This document shows positions 1 through 8,406 of a stretch of DNA of 21,628 nt, piece after piece (position 1 is the first letter of the stretch; the number at the start of each line of letters is the position of its first letter). Origin of the DNA: Elainellaceae cyanobacterium (GTDB taxonomy: Bacteria > Cyanobacteriota > Cyanobacteriia > CAKZMO01); NCBI GenBank assembly GCA_050331615.1, contig JBHJGR010000153.1, forward strand, positions 1-21,628, in the 5' to 3' direction. The position numbers and the translations under genes are program-made. The notes beneath the pieces were generated by a model. It did not search any database. It worked only from the letters and a program-made list of their open reading frames with translations, and had not been told where the DNA came from.

Positions 1-68
1 GGGGGGCGCGGGGGGCGGGGGGGGGCGGGGGGGGGCGGGGGGCCGGGGGGCGGGGGTGCGGCGGGCAG
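1..68. repeat. G-rich low-complexity tract: repeated G5-10C units, including two runs of 10 G. This tract is the DNA that encodes the Pro-rich TonB linker.
   Basis: Direct reading of the sequence: ggggggcgcggggggcgggggggggg cgggggggggg cgggggg... Confidence 0.8.
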
Positions 69-284
69 TTCCTCCACCGGAATCTCAGGTTCTGGCTCCA
101 CGATTGCAGGCAGCATGGTGATCTGGATTTCCTCTTCCTCCTCCAGGTCCTCGGGAATCTCCTCCTCAGGGGAGCCAGGAATGGCGAGAATTACCCCATG
201 CAGCAGCAGGGAGACATAGAGCATGGGATGGACTAGGATTTTGAGCCAGATGGGGCGATCGCGCTTCGCTGATTTGAATGCCAT
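1..284 (-). CDS. TonB-like energy transducer, N-terminal part only. The start codon is at 284 and the 3' end runs off the window at position 1.
   Basis: ATG at 282-284 on the minus strand, with an open frame to position 1. Translation is MAFKSAKRDRPIWLKILVHPMLYVSLLLHGVILAIPGSPEEEIPEDLEEEEEIQ...PAAPPPPAPRPPRPPP. It has a single TM helix carrying an S-x3-H motif (SLLLH), like the TonB SHLS anchor. An acidic stretch and a Pro-rich linker follow, the linker encoded by the G/C-rich tract at 1-68. The gene is on the same strand as the exbB-exbD-exbD genes. Confidence 0.55.
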   Translation of the reverse strand, partial: MAFKSAKRDRPIWLKILVHPMLYVSLLLHGVILAIPGSPEEEIPEDLEEEEEIQITMLPAIVEPEPEIPVEELPAAPPPPGPPPPPAPPRPPRP

Positions 285-477
285 GACAACCTTTCGACAG
301 CCTATACAAGTGCTTGAGCACAATTAATTATGTTTTCTTGGGGGCGCACCCCGCCATAGCGTCGTCTACTTACGGCTACCTACTTAACAAGGATAAACCC
401 TGGGATCGGCACCGCAGCACTGGACCCCAGGGCAAAGCACAGTAGGTGGGCCAGACGAGCTGACCCTAGCGCATCAG

Positions 478-1491
478 TTATTCGGCAGGCGCTTCCAGGG
501 TGCGGCTCAGGTTCAGAACCTCAAGCAGACCCAGGCCAGAAACGTCGTTGGTAGCGTAAACCGTACCAACAGTGCCGTTCTCAACCAGCTCCATTCCGCG
601 GCTGTAGGCTTCAGGAGACAGGGCGACATAGCCCACATCAGCAACAACGTCGGCAGCGTTGCCCAGGTAGAAGTCTACGAAGGAAGCAACTTCAGGGCGC
701 TCAAGGGCATCCTGACGCACGTAGATGAAGATAGGACGGGACAGGGGGGTGTAGGTGCCGTTGTCAACGGTTTCAGGGGATGGCTTAACACCGTCAACAG
801 CAACGGACTGAAGCCGATCCTGGTTCTCAATGTAGTAGGCATAGCCAAAGTAGCCCAGCGCATTGGGGTCGCCCTCAACACCGATAACGAGGATGTTGTC
901 GTCTTCGCTGGCGGTGTAGTCGCTGCGGCTAGCACCCTCTTCGCCGACGATCTCATCGGTGAAGTAGTCGAAGGTACCGGAGTCAGTACCGGGGCCATAT
1001 AGGGTCAGCGGGCGGTCGGGCCAGGAGGAATCAATTTCGCTCCAGTTGTTGACGCCCTGGGAATCGGGGCTCCAAATTGCTGCTAGCTGCTCAACGGTCA
1101 TCTCGGTTGCCCAGTCGTTCTCAGGGTGAATCACAACCGTGATGGCATCGTAGGCAACAGGAATTTCGATGTACTCGATACCAGCCTCAGCGCAAGCCTG
1201 CATTTCTTCAGGCTTGATGGGTCGAGAAGCGTTGGAAATGTCGGTTTCACCTCCACAGAACTTGCTGAAGCCACCGCCGGTGCCGGAAACGCCAACCGAA
1301 ATGTTGGTGCCGGGGTTTGCCGTGATGAACTCTTCAGCCATTGCCTCGGTGATGGGATACACCGTGCTGGAGCCGTCAATCGCGATCGACTGAGCCGATG
1401 CAGCGCTAGTAGACAATCCGAGGACGGATGCGGTTGCTGCGATCGCCAGCGCGACCCGGTCAAGCTTAAATGAATTTCCGTTCGCCACCAT
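478..1491 (-). CDS. PstS-family periplasmic phosphate-binding protein (PBP-like_2 fold, ABC-transporter substrate-binding component).
   Basis: A 337-aa ORF. It has an N-terminal signal peptide ([18 protein letters not shown]) and the motifs [17 protein letters not shown] and ISNASRPIK that are typical of PstS/SphX-like phosphate-binding proteins. Confidence 0.85.
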   Translation of the reverse strand: MVANGNSFKLDRVALAIAATASVLGLSTSAASAQSIAIDGSSTVYPITEAMAEEFITANPGTNISVGVSGTGGGFSKFCGGETDISNASRPIKPEEMQACAEAGIEYIEIPVAYDAITVVIHPENDWATEMTVEQLAAIWSPDSQGVNNWSEIDSSWPDRPLTLYGPGTDSGTFDYFTDEIVGEEGASRSDYTASEDDNILVIGVEGDPNALGYFGYAYYIENQDRLQSVAVDGVKPSPETVDNGTYTPLSRPIFIYVRQDALERPEVASFVDFYLGNAADVVADVGYVALSPEAYSRGMELVENGTVGTVYATNDVSGLGLLEVLNLSRTLEAPAE

Positions 1492-1550
1492 ACAACACTC
1501 TCCAGAGCGTAAGATTACTCAAAAACAATCCAGAGGTAAGTTAGCTGGTC

Positions 1551-1614
1551 AGGATTAAGAATGGTTAATGTAAAGTGTTTGCAAAGGTTAGGAAGTAGTT
1601 ATGAAATGGTTAAG
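1551..1614 (-). promoter_or_regulatory. Pho-box-like repeats of the SphR/PhoB type in the promoter of the PstS-like gene.
   Basis: Read on the gene-sense (minus) strand, there are three 8-bp repeats, CTTAACCA, CATAACTA and CCTAACCT. Their plus-strand coordinates are 1607-1614, 1596-1603 and 1585-1592, giving exact 11-bp periodicity. Two further repeats, ATTAACCA and TTAATCCT, lie at 1562-1569 and 1551-1558. All match the cyanobacterial Pho-box consensus PyTTAAPyPy(T/A) and sit 60-125 bp upstream of the start codon at 1491. Confidence 0.45.
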
Positions 1615-1723
1615 AGAACTTAGCGAGGCAGATTAGATCCACCTTCGCGAGTGGGAGACAGCGATCGCCACATCTAATTCCTTTGTTGGAACTTTTTGCC
1701 AGATTTTTGCCAGACTTAAGGAG

Positions 1724-1796
1724 TTATAGCCCTACGGGCTAAGGTTTGAGTGTGGACCCCAGCGGCGCGGGGGTCCACACCTCTTGAATGTCCCAA
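1724..1796 (+). repeat. Dispersed 75-bp repeat element, copy A. It has an internal 11-bp-stem hairpin (gtgtggacccc ... ggggtccacac).
   Basis: The sequence tatagccctacgggctaaggtttgagtgtggaccccagcggcgcgggggtccacacctcttgaatgtcccaat is about 85% identical to 14338-14414 in the same orientation. Confidence 0.6.
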
Positions 1797-1809
1797 TTTG
1801 CTCAAGCCC

Positions 1810-2235
1810 TTATTCGATCGCCAGAGAAACGCGACCGCCGCCGATGTCCCGCATGGTTACCAGCAGCTCGGCAACCTCGTCATAATTCAGCTCGCGATCG
1901 GCCTTGAGCCGCACGTAGCCGTCGGGATTCTCCGTCAGATAGTCCCGCATGGCCGTCGCTAGCTGTTCCTCTGCGATGGGCTCATCTTCAATCAAAATCT
2001 CACCCTGGATATTGAGACCGATGACCAGCGGCGGCGTGGAAATATCTTCTTGGGTGATGTCGCTTTCGCCCCCCTCCCCCACGTCGGGCGCGTCCACCGT
2101 CAAAATTTGCTGGCTGCTCAGACCCATCGAGATGATGATGAAAAAGGTCAAGACGGTCATCAGCACGTCCATCATGGGCACCAGGTTGACCTCCGGCACC
2201 TCCGAGGCAAATCGGCGGGAGTTACGTGACTTCAT
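1810..2235 (-). CDS. exbD: ExbD/TolR-family biopolymer transport protein.
   Basis: A 141-aa ORF beginning MKSRNSRRFASEVPEVNLVPMMDVLMTVLTFFIII. It has the ExbD single-TM topology and a conserved C-terminal region. Its start overlaps the stop of the upstream exbD by 4 bp (ATGA). Confidence 0.85.
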   Translation of the reverse strand: MKSRNSRRFASEVPEVNLVPMMDVLMTVLTFFIIISMGLSSQQILTVDAPDVGEGGESDITQEDISTPPLVIGLNIQGEILIEDEPIAEEQLATAMRDYLTENPDGYVRLKADRELNYDEVAELLVTMRDIGGGRVSLAIE

Positions 2236-2657
2236 GACGATTCCTCAATGGCCAGGGAGACGCGATCGCCCCCAATTTCCTTCATGCTCAGCAAAAAGGC
2301 GAGCACCTCCTGGTAGGGCATTTCCCGGCTGGCGGTGAGGTAAACCAAGCCGTCCTCGCTCTCCGAGAGATACGCCTGGATGCGCTGCTCCACTTCCCCC
2401 GAAGAAACGGGCTGATCCTCGATCAGGATCTGCCCCTGGGGTCCAAGGGACACGATCAGCGGCGGCGGCGGTTCCTCCTGCTCGGGCTGCTCCACCGGAG
2501 CATCGGCATCGGCTGGAAGCTGCACCTCTACCCCCCGCTGACTGCCCAAGGTCATGGTGATAATAACGAAAAAGGCCAGCACCCCCAGCATGACGTTCAG
2601 CATGGGGATCAGGTTGACGGGCGGCAAAGGGGATTCTTGTCGCGATCGCAGGCGCAT
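2232..2657 (-). CDS. exbD: ExbD/TolR-family biopolymer transport protein, second paralog. I trimmed the start to the ATG at 2657 (MRLRSRQESPLPPVNLIPMLNVML); the ORF track gives 2696.
   Basis: The sequence is paralogous to the adjacent exbD. The trimmed start aligns with the N-terminus of that paralog. Confidence 0.8.
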   Translation of the reverse strand: MRLRSRQESPLPPVNLIPMLNVMLGVLAFFVIITMTLGSQRGVEVQLPADADAPVEQPEQEEPPPPLIVSLGPQGQILIEDQPVSSGEVEQRIQAYLSESEDGLVYLTASREMPYQEVLAFLLSMKEIGGDRVSLAIEESS

Positions 2658-2750
2658 GGGTCTATACAGAAATTTCTGTAGGCAAATTAACGGCATGTAG
2701 GGGCAAATGGCCTTTTGCCCTTACCAGGATGGACGACACCCACAAGTCAA

Positions 2751-3437
2751 TTACCGATGGGGCAGCAGGTTAGCCTCCTCCGGCGAGATAGAATCGTGGC
2801 TAGTTTGGCGGTAGATTAGCTCCAGCTCAGTGCCAGCCTCAGAGAAATAATCGATTTGCTGGGCCTGCAGGGTGACAAACAGGCGGAAAAATACCAGGGC
2901 CAGAATCGCTACCAGCATGCCAGCAGCGGTCGTAATCAGGGCTTCCCCAATGCCAGCGGCGGCGAGCTGTCCGCCTTCGCCTGCGCTCCCACCGCCAATG
3001 TCCAGGTTGTTAAACGTGACAATCAAGCCAGTGACGGTGCCCAGCAGCCCCAAGAGGGGAGCAAGCGCCACCACGGTTTCCAGAAACTTGTCCCCCTTGC
3101 GCATCTGCACAAACTCGCGATCGGCAGCAGATTCCAGGGCCAGCCGAAAGGTTTCAGGGTTCGACTGCTTGAGCCGCAGCGGAGCCAGTAGAAAGCGCCC
3201 AATCGCTAGGTGCTGGGCCTGTTCGGCGATCGCCCGTGCCTCGCTCAGGTTATAGCGGGCCGCCTCCAGAACGTCGTGAACCACCCGGTCTTCCTGACTC
3301 AGCAAACGGAACCAGAACCAGCCCCGCTCCAAGGCAGTGGCCAGGGTCATCACCGACAGGGCCAACAGGGGGATCATTACTGGCCCACCTTTGACCACCA
3401 AATCAAGCACGGGAAAGCGTTCGAGAAGCTCAGCCAT
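2751..3437 (-). CDS. exbB: MotA/TolQ/ExbB proton-channel family protein.
   Basis: A 228-aa ORF. It has the LGLLGTVTGLI and EALITTAAGMLVAILALVFFRLF segments characteristic of ExbB/TolQ. Confidence 0.9.
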   Translation of the reverse strand: MAELLERFPVLDLVVKGGPVMIPLLALSVMTLATALERGWFWFRLLSQEDRVVHDVLEAARYNLSEARAIAEQAQHLAIGRFLLAPLRLKQSNPETFRLALESAADREFVQMRKGDKFLETVVALAPLLGLLGTVTGLIVTFNNLDIGGGSAGEGGQLAAAGIGEALITTAAGMLVAILALVFFRLFVTLQAQQIDYFSEAGTELELIYRQTSHDSISPEEANLLPHR

Positions 3438-3597
3438 TTTTGAACGTCGTGAGGATAGAGATCTCTCTGTAGAATACCTGAGATATTATGACGACTCGTT
3501 AAGGAGGGGTTATGATTCCCTCACTCTCATGACCTATCGAAAAATCTCGGTAGGGGTTTGGGAAATCGAAACCTCGCCGGAGTTTTTGGGCCAGTTC

Positions 3598-4989
3598 TCA
3601 GACGGGCAGCACCCGGCCCCGCAGCCCCGGCGGCGGCTCCAGCCCATAGCGGTGGAGCAGGGTGGGCACAATGTCGTAAAGCTGGGCACCGTCGAGCACC
3701 TGGCCGTTTTGCGGACGCTGGGGATCGTGGAAGATCATCAGCCCGAAGGGAGCATGATTCGCGTCGTCGGGGCCAGTGTCATTTTCGGTCGTGTAAATGG
3801 AGCCAATGCCGACGCTGCCCACCGATCGCCAGGCCAGATCATCGAAGTAAACAATCAGGTCTGGCGCTAGCCCCCGCACCCGCTGGTAGATGTCCTGAGG
3901 CTTGAAGGCTTTCACGTTGAGGGGCTGGCCTGCTGGGTCCGTGAGGCTTTCCAGTTGGGCAATCAGGCGCGATCGCACCGCCTCATACTCCGACAGTGGT
4001 ACGATGCCCTGCGGCTCCCGCCCCTTCACGTTGAGAAAAATTCGGGCATAGTAGCCCCCCGCTCCCCAGACCTGGGTTTGGCTCCAGTCCACCTCGACTT
4101 TATCGAGGGGGGTGGGCGTATCGGGCACCTCCTTAACCATGAGATAGCCGTTGGCCATCAGCCACTCATTGATGCAAATGCCGCCCATGAGGGGACGCGC
4201 CCCGTGGTCGGACACCACCAGCACTGCCGTATCGTCATCGCACTGGGATAGGAGGGTGCCGATGTGCTGGTCCACGTGGCAGTAGTAGTCGTGAATGGCG
4301 CTGGCATAGGGGGAACCGGGTTCATGCTGGGGATGGTGGGGGTCCATCGGCTTCCAAAAAGAGTGATGAATGCGATCCACCCCCATGTCTACCAGCATGA
4401 GGAAGTCGGGCTGGTCCTCGGCCAGCAGCTTGGCGGCGAGGCGAAAGCGCTGGTCGCACAGGTCGTAGATGTTTTTTAGGATACGGTCTTTATCATGGGA
4501 GCGGAACTGGGGCACATCCAGCATGAAGTTGGGCAGCCACTGGTGGATGTGCTGGGCTAGCTCGGGCGGATGGGTGAAGGGAGCTTCGGTATTGGGCGTC
4601 AGGAAGCAGGACACCAGGGAGCCATTGACCTCATAGGGAGGCGAGGTGCCGGGAACGCTGAGCACCGCTACCCGCCAGCCGGCATCCCCTAGCAGATCCC
4701 AAAGACGCGGCACCTGGACGGCTCGACCGTCAGAAATAGCCATATTGTGGTACTGGCGATCGCGCCGATTGCGAAAGCCATAGATGCCCAATTCCCCTGG
4801 GTCGCGCCCACTCATCATGCAGCTCCAGGCTGGGACGGTAATCGCTGGAATGCTGCTCTCCAGCCGCCCATAGCTGCCCACTGTCATCAGCCGGGATAGA
4901 TTTGGCAAATCCTGCCGCCACTGCTCAAATACCAGCGACGGCTCCATGCAATCCAGCCCAATGATGACCAGGCGTGGCGCTTTAGACAT
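3598..4989 (-). CDS. Type I phosphodiesterase / nucleotide pyrophosphatase (NPP) family protein of the alkaline-phosphatase superfamily. The start is trimmed to the ATG at 4989.
   Basis: It starts MSKAPRLVIIGLDCMEPS. Motifs are TVPAWSCMMSGRDPGELGIYG (an NPP-type Thr nucleophile region) and LVVSDHG. The longer ORF-track start would overlap lgt. Confidence 0.8.
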   Translation of the reverse strand: MSKAPRLVIIGLDCMEPSLVFEQWRQDLPNLSRLMTVGSYGRLESSIPAITVPAWSCMMSGRDPGELGIYGFRNRRDRQYHNMAISDGRAVQVPRLWDLLGDAGWRVAVLSVPGTSPPYEVNGSLVSCFLTPNTEAPFTHPPELAQHIHQWLPNFMLDVPQFRSHDKDRILKNIYDLCDQRFRLAAKLLAEDQPDFLMLVDMGVDRIHHSFWKPMDPHHPQHEPGSPYASAIHDYYCHVDQHIGTLLSQCDDDTAVLVVSDHGARPLMGGICINEWLMANGYLMVKEVPDTPTPLDKVEVDWSQTQVWGAGGYYARIFLNVKGREPQGIVPLSEYEAVRSRLIAQLESLTDPAGQPLNVKAFKPQDIYQRVRGLAPDLIVYFDDLAWRSVGSVGIGSIYTTENDTGPDDANHAPFGLMIFHDPQRPQNGQVLDGAQLYDIVPTLLHRYGLEPPPGLRGRVLPV

Positions 4990-5006
4990 AACTCCCGTTC
5001 CCCATG

Positions 5007-5837
5007 TTAGACCCTCGCTTCCCGTCGACGTCGCCAGTACAGCGCCCCAGCGGCTCCGATGACGGCGGCGGCGCTCAATACATGCACCAGGTTGAACGGC
5101 GTACCGGGAAAGAACCAAGAATCGGTACGCAAAAACTCGATCCAGAAGCGCCCAAAGGGATACCAGAGCAAGTAGAGCAGGACAATGTCGCCGGGCCGCA
5201 GTTGCCGCTCGAATCGGCGCGAAATCCAGAAAATTAGGCCAAATCCAATGAAGTTCCAGAGGGATTCGTAGAGAAATAGGGGATGAAAGCGAACGCTTTC
5301 GGGATAGGTGGTCAAGTCGTCGTAGGGGCTAATGCGCCGATTGGGGTCAATGCGCAAGCCCCAGGGCAGGTTGGTCGGCGGACCGTAGAGTTCCTGGTTG
5401 ATAAAATTCCCCCAGCGACCGATCGCCTGGGCCAGGGGCAGCGCCAGCCCAATGGCGTCTAGATACAGCAGAGTTGGGAGCTTCCGCAGCCGGGTGTAGA
5501 GAAATAGCGCCAACCCACCAAACAGAAATGCGCCGAATATATGGATGCCGCCGCTCCAAACCCTGAGAATTTCCCCTGGATTTTGCAGGTAGTAGCCGAT
5601 ACCATCTTCGCTGCGGGGTGACTGAATAAAGACGTAATAGAGTCGTGCACCGATGAACGCCGGAATCAACACCCAGATCAGCATGTCCCAAAAGTCTTCG
5701 GCGCTCTGCCCCCGACGCTGGATGTAGCGGCTGGCTATCGTTGCGCCAACTAGAATCGCCGTCACCATGAGCAGGCCATACCAGCGCAGCGACAGCGGAC
5801 CAAACTCGAAAATGATGGGATCGACGGGTGGATACAT
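5007..5837 (-). CDS. lgt: Prolipoprotein diacylglyceryl transferase.
   Basis: A 276-aa polytopic membrane protein. It begins MYPPVDPIIFEFGPLSLRWYGLLM and carries GGIHIFGAFLFG and WGNFINQELYG, all typical Lgt signatures. Confidence 0.9.
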   Translation of the reverse strand: MYPPVDPIIFEFGPLSLRWYGLLMVTAILVGATIASRYIQRRGQSAEDFWDMLIWVLIPAFIGARLYYVFIQSPRSEDGIGYYLQNPGEILRVWSGGIHIFGAFLFGGLALFLYTRLRKLPTLLYLDAIGLALPLAQAIGRWGNFINQELYGPPTNLPWGLRIDPNRRISPYDDLTTYPESVRFHPLFLYESLWNFIGFGLIFWISRRFERQLRPGDIVLLYLLWYPFGRFWIEFLRTDSWFFPGTPFNLVHVLSAAAVIGAAGALYWRRRREARV

Positions 5838-6052
5838 GAACCTTGCCTTAGCCAGAGATTAAGTCGGGCACCGCGAGCGTTGCCCTGAGGTCTAGCCTAC
5901 CAAATGCTGGCTGGGTAGAAGGATGCCCTGCGGGGGCTTTTTGCGGCTCAGGTGTGTCAAGGATGTGGAAAATTTGGGGATTTCCAAGCAGCCTAGGCTA
6001 GATTCGGACGAGGGTAGTTGCGCTGGCTAAGCACTTGCTTAGAGCGATCGCC

Positions 6053-6310
6053 TCACAGAGCAGAGTAGTGGTCTTGGCAGGAGCGAGCGTTGTCGAGACG
6101 GTCCTTACCTCCTAAGCAGGATTCGGATCGTTGCACCAGCGAAATGGGGATGACAACCGCCCACAGAGCTGCGGCTATGGCAACCACAGTCCACGAAGCT
6201 CGGTCGGTGTTGGGAGTAGAGGTGTCCCTCAGGAAGTCGAGGGTCAACACGACGGCAAATATGAGGGCGATCGCGAGATAAGCCAAGACAAAGATGGATG
6301 AAGCTGTCAT
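6053..6310 (-). CDS. Hypothetical small membrane protein with two predicted TM helices.
   Basis: An 85-aa ORF with an ATG start. It is transcribed divergently from the crp-like gene. No RBS is evident. Confidence 0.3.
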   Translation of the reverse strand: MTASSIFVLAYLAIALIFAVVLTLDFLRDTSTPNTDRASWTVVAIAAALWAVVIPISLVQRSESCLGGKDRLDNARSCQDHYSAL

Positions 6311-6571
6311 GGGAGTCGGATATCTCTGCTTACAACAAGTAGCGAGACGACCATTTTAAACTTTTTGTTCTCTAACGGTGAAAATTTGATTTATTTTTAT
6401 AGAAGCATAGAATTCTCGACTGGCAGCTTTCTCATACATATCAAGGTTTTAGCTGATTAGGCTCTAATTCAAGAAGATTTCGAATGAAGTCAAATCAAGC
6501 TGGAATAATCCCCTAATGCACCTGAGCTTCGTGGCAGAATTAGGATAGGTCCTAACGTCAGGAGAACCGGC

Positions 6572-7363
6572 ATGGCAGCGAAAGCCAAGCAGCCTAAGCG
6601 GGGGGACGTTGCCACCCAGCTCACTCAGAGTAACGCCCTTTTCAGAGGTCTAGATGCGTCCTGGCTTTCAAGCTACCTGCCCGCCGATCAGGTGACCCAG
6701 GAAAAGCTCTATTCCAATCGCCCGATCTACACTGCCTTTCGGCCAAATTCTCATCTCGAGCACCTCTATGTCGTTCTCGATGGCGGTCCAGTTGTTATCC
6801 GTAGCACGCCCCTCGACCGCATCATCGCGCTGACCTACCCTGGGGGATGTTTTGGCGCACAAAACTTACCCTTCAGCCACGGGCTGGTGTTGCGAGGGTT
6901 TCCCAGCCTGGTAGAAGCCTATAAAACTACCGACGTGCTCAAAATTCCCGTGGCGCTTGTTGAAGCAATTCACCACGAGAACGAGCTGTTTCGCCAGCGC
7001 TTTGACCTGCTGTTTGAGCTGCGGGAAAAGTTCCAGTATCATCTGCTGAACTGCAGCACCTATCCTCCCCAGGCAGTGGCGGCTCTGCTGCGGGCGCTTA
7101 TCTATCAGGAGCGATCGCTCGGCAGCCAGCCTGAACCCGACGGGACCTACCGGTTCGACCTACCGGTTGATCTCATTGCCCGCGCCAGTCAGCTCAACCA
7201 CCGCACCGTTGAACAGGTGCTCAAGGGCATGACTCAGGTGGGTCTGCTAAAATCCAGTAAATCAGATGCCAGCGGCGACTTGCTGCGCATTGTCGATCCA
7301 GAGGGCATGAAGGAGGTCTATGGGGCAACCCGCGATAAGGTGTCCTGGTGGCCCCTGAAATGA
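6572..7363 (+). CDS. Crp/Fnr-family transcriptional regulator: a cNMP-binding-like domain followed by a C-terminal HTH.
   Basis: AGGAGAA sits 6 nt upstream of the ATG. The cNMP-binding-like region runs FRGLDASW...LYVVLDGGPVVIRS...GGCFGAQNL. The C-terminal HTH is LIARASQLNHRTVEQVLKGMTQVGLL. Confidence 0.6.
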   Translation: MAAKAKQPKRGDVATQLTQSNALFRGLDASWLSSYLPADQVTQEKLYSNRPIYTAFRPNSHLEHLYVVLDGGPVVIRSTPLDRIIALTYPGGCFGAQNLPFSHGLVLRGFPSLVEAYKTTDVLKIPVALVEAIHHENELFRQRFDLLFELREKFQYHLLNCSTYPPQAVAALLRALIYQERSLGSQPEPDGTYRFDLPVDLIARASQLNHRTVEQVLKGMTQVGLLKSSKSDASGDLLRIVDPEGMKEVYGATRDKVSWWPLK

Positions 7364-7368
7364 GTCTG

Positions 7369-7521
7369 CTAGGGGCGATCGCTCTCCGCTGCGCTAACCT
7401 CTTCTACGTCTCTAGCATCCTGCCGCGCTTCCAGCACCAGGGTTCCCACAACGTATATGCCAAACAGGGCCAGCACGCTCAGCAACACCGCCATCACGGT
7501 ATTGCTTGGTCTCTTTTTCAT
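7369..7521 (-). CDS. Possible small single-TM protein of 50 aa (MKKRPSNTVMAVLLSVLALFGIYVVGTLVLEARQDARDVEEVSAAESDRP). It is not in the ORF track.
   Basis: GGAGG lies 10 nt upstream of the ATG at 7521. The N-terminus is hydrophobic. The call rests on sequence inspection only. Confidence 0.25.
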   Translation of the reverse strand: MKKRPSNTVMAVLLSVLALFGIYVVGTLVLEARQDARDVEEVSAAESDRP

Positions 7522-7593
7522 GGTGGCTATGCCTCCGTCGTCACAATGCCCTGTCAGGGGTGACGCCCTGCAAGCGGCGTCCTGAAATTCTAG

Positions 7594-7627
7594 TTGGCTT
7601 CGTGGACGTGAACGTCCACGAAGCCGC
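7594..7627. terminator. Perfect 13-bp-stem, 4-nt-loop hairpin (ggcttcgtggacg tgaa cgtccacgaagcc) lying between convergent genes. It is probably a transcription terminator or an RNA-stability element.
   Basis: A direct inverted repeat in the sequence. It lies 25 bp downstream of the stop of the 7652-8296 gene. No U-tract follows. Confidence 0.4.
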
Positions 7628-7651
7628 TAAATCGCCCAGGTTCTATAGGTC

Positions 7652-8296
7652 CTAGTTAATGAACACCTGACCATCGGGCTGGATGCGGATGACGCCTTGG
7701 GTGTCGTCAAGCCCCTGGTCTTCTTCGATGGAAATTTCCAGCATTCCGTCGGTAGTGCTCGTAATGATGTCCACCAGCCCCTCGTCCTGCCGGACCGTCG
7801 TAATCGTTGCGGGCACAGAAATACCCTGCAGGGTTGCTTCTTCCTGAGCCTGGAGGTAGCGGCGCTGGGTTTCGCCGGTAACCTCGTAGGTGATCAGGGC
7901 ATTGGTGTCATTCATAATGCGCACATCAACCGTGCCATTCGTCGGCGGCACGACAGCAACCGGCGGCAGATCAACGGCGACTCCATCGGGACCGTACTCA
8001 ACGCCAGATCCCTGAGGCACTGTCTGCATAGGCATGCCATCCATGCCGGCGCTAGCTGAAGCACCTTGGGTTTCTCCTACCAAACGGCTGTATTCATTGA
8101 GGGGGCAACCTTCGGGAACAAGTAGGTTAGAGCTAAATGGCTCTTCGTAGTAAATTCCAGGACAGGGATTGACGCCGGGCGTCTGTGCAGCTGCTTTCTG
8201 GACCACAGAGGCTCCTGCAAGTAGGCTACCTGCAGCGATACCAAGCAGTCCAGCCGAGCGAATATGTTTGATGATGGGCAAAGAGGTAAAACTCAT
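7652..8296 (-). CDS. Secreted hypothetical protein with a signal peptide and an acidic Thr/Gly/Asp-rich mature region. The start is trimmed to the ATG at 8296.
   Basis: The signal peptide is MSFTSLPIIKHIRSAGLLGIAAGSLLAGASVVQKAAAQ. An AGGAAA SD-like repeat sits directly upstream. I recognised no domain. Confidence 0.55.
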   Translation of the reverse strand: MSFTSLPIIKHIRSAGLLGIAAGSLLAGASVVQKAAAQTPGVNPCPGIYYEEPFSSNLLVPEGCPLNEYSRLVGETQGASASAGMDGMPMQTVPQGSGVEYGPDGVAVDLPPVAVVPPTNGTVDVRIMNDTNALITYEVTGETQRRYLQAQEEATLQGISVPATITTVRQDEGLVDIITSTTDGMLEISIEEDQGLDDTQGVIRIQPDGQVFIN

Positions 8297-8406
8297 ATGA
8301 TTTCCTTGGTGATTTCCTTGGTATCTGCAATACATAAACTTTCACCTTACAAGTTAGATGAAATGCAGTGTACCGACACCTTGCCCGCGATAGAACTCAG
8401 CCTCTG

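Noticed and set aside
675-998. Antisense and nested ORFs from the six-frame track. Examples are 675-998(-), 1126-1473(+), 1949-2338(+), 2856-3255(+), 3337-3905(+), 9732-10190(+), 10353-10760(+), 14546-14949(+/-), 15430-15864(-), 15913-17329(-), 17995-18435(+) and 19541-20379(+).
   Set aside because: Each is fully embedded in or opposite to a longer ORF that has clear family signatures. Their Ala/Arg/Pro/Gly-rich composition is typical of out-of-frame reading of high-GC DNA. I found no independent motifs or RBS.
5925-5960. Possible intrinsic terminator (gccc tgcgg gggc ttttt) on the plus strand.
   Set aside because: The stem is only 4 bp, and no plus-strand gene ends upstream of it. It is probably fortuitous.
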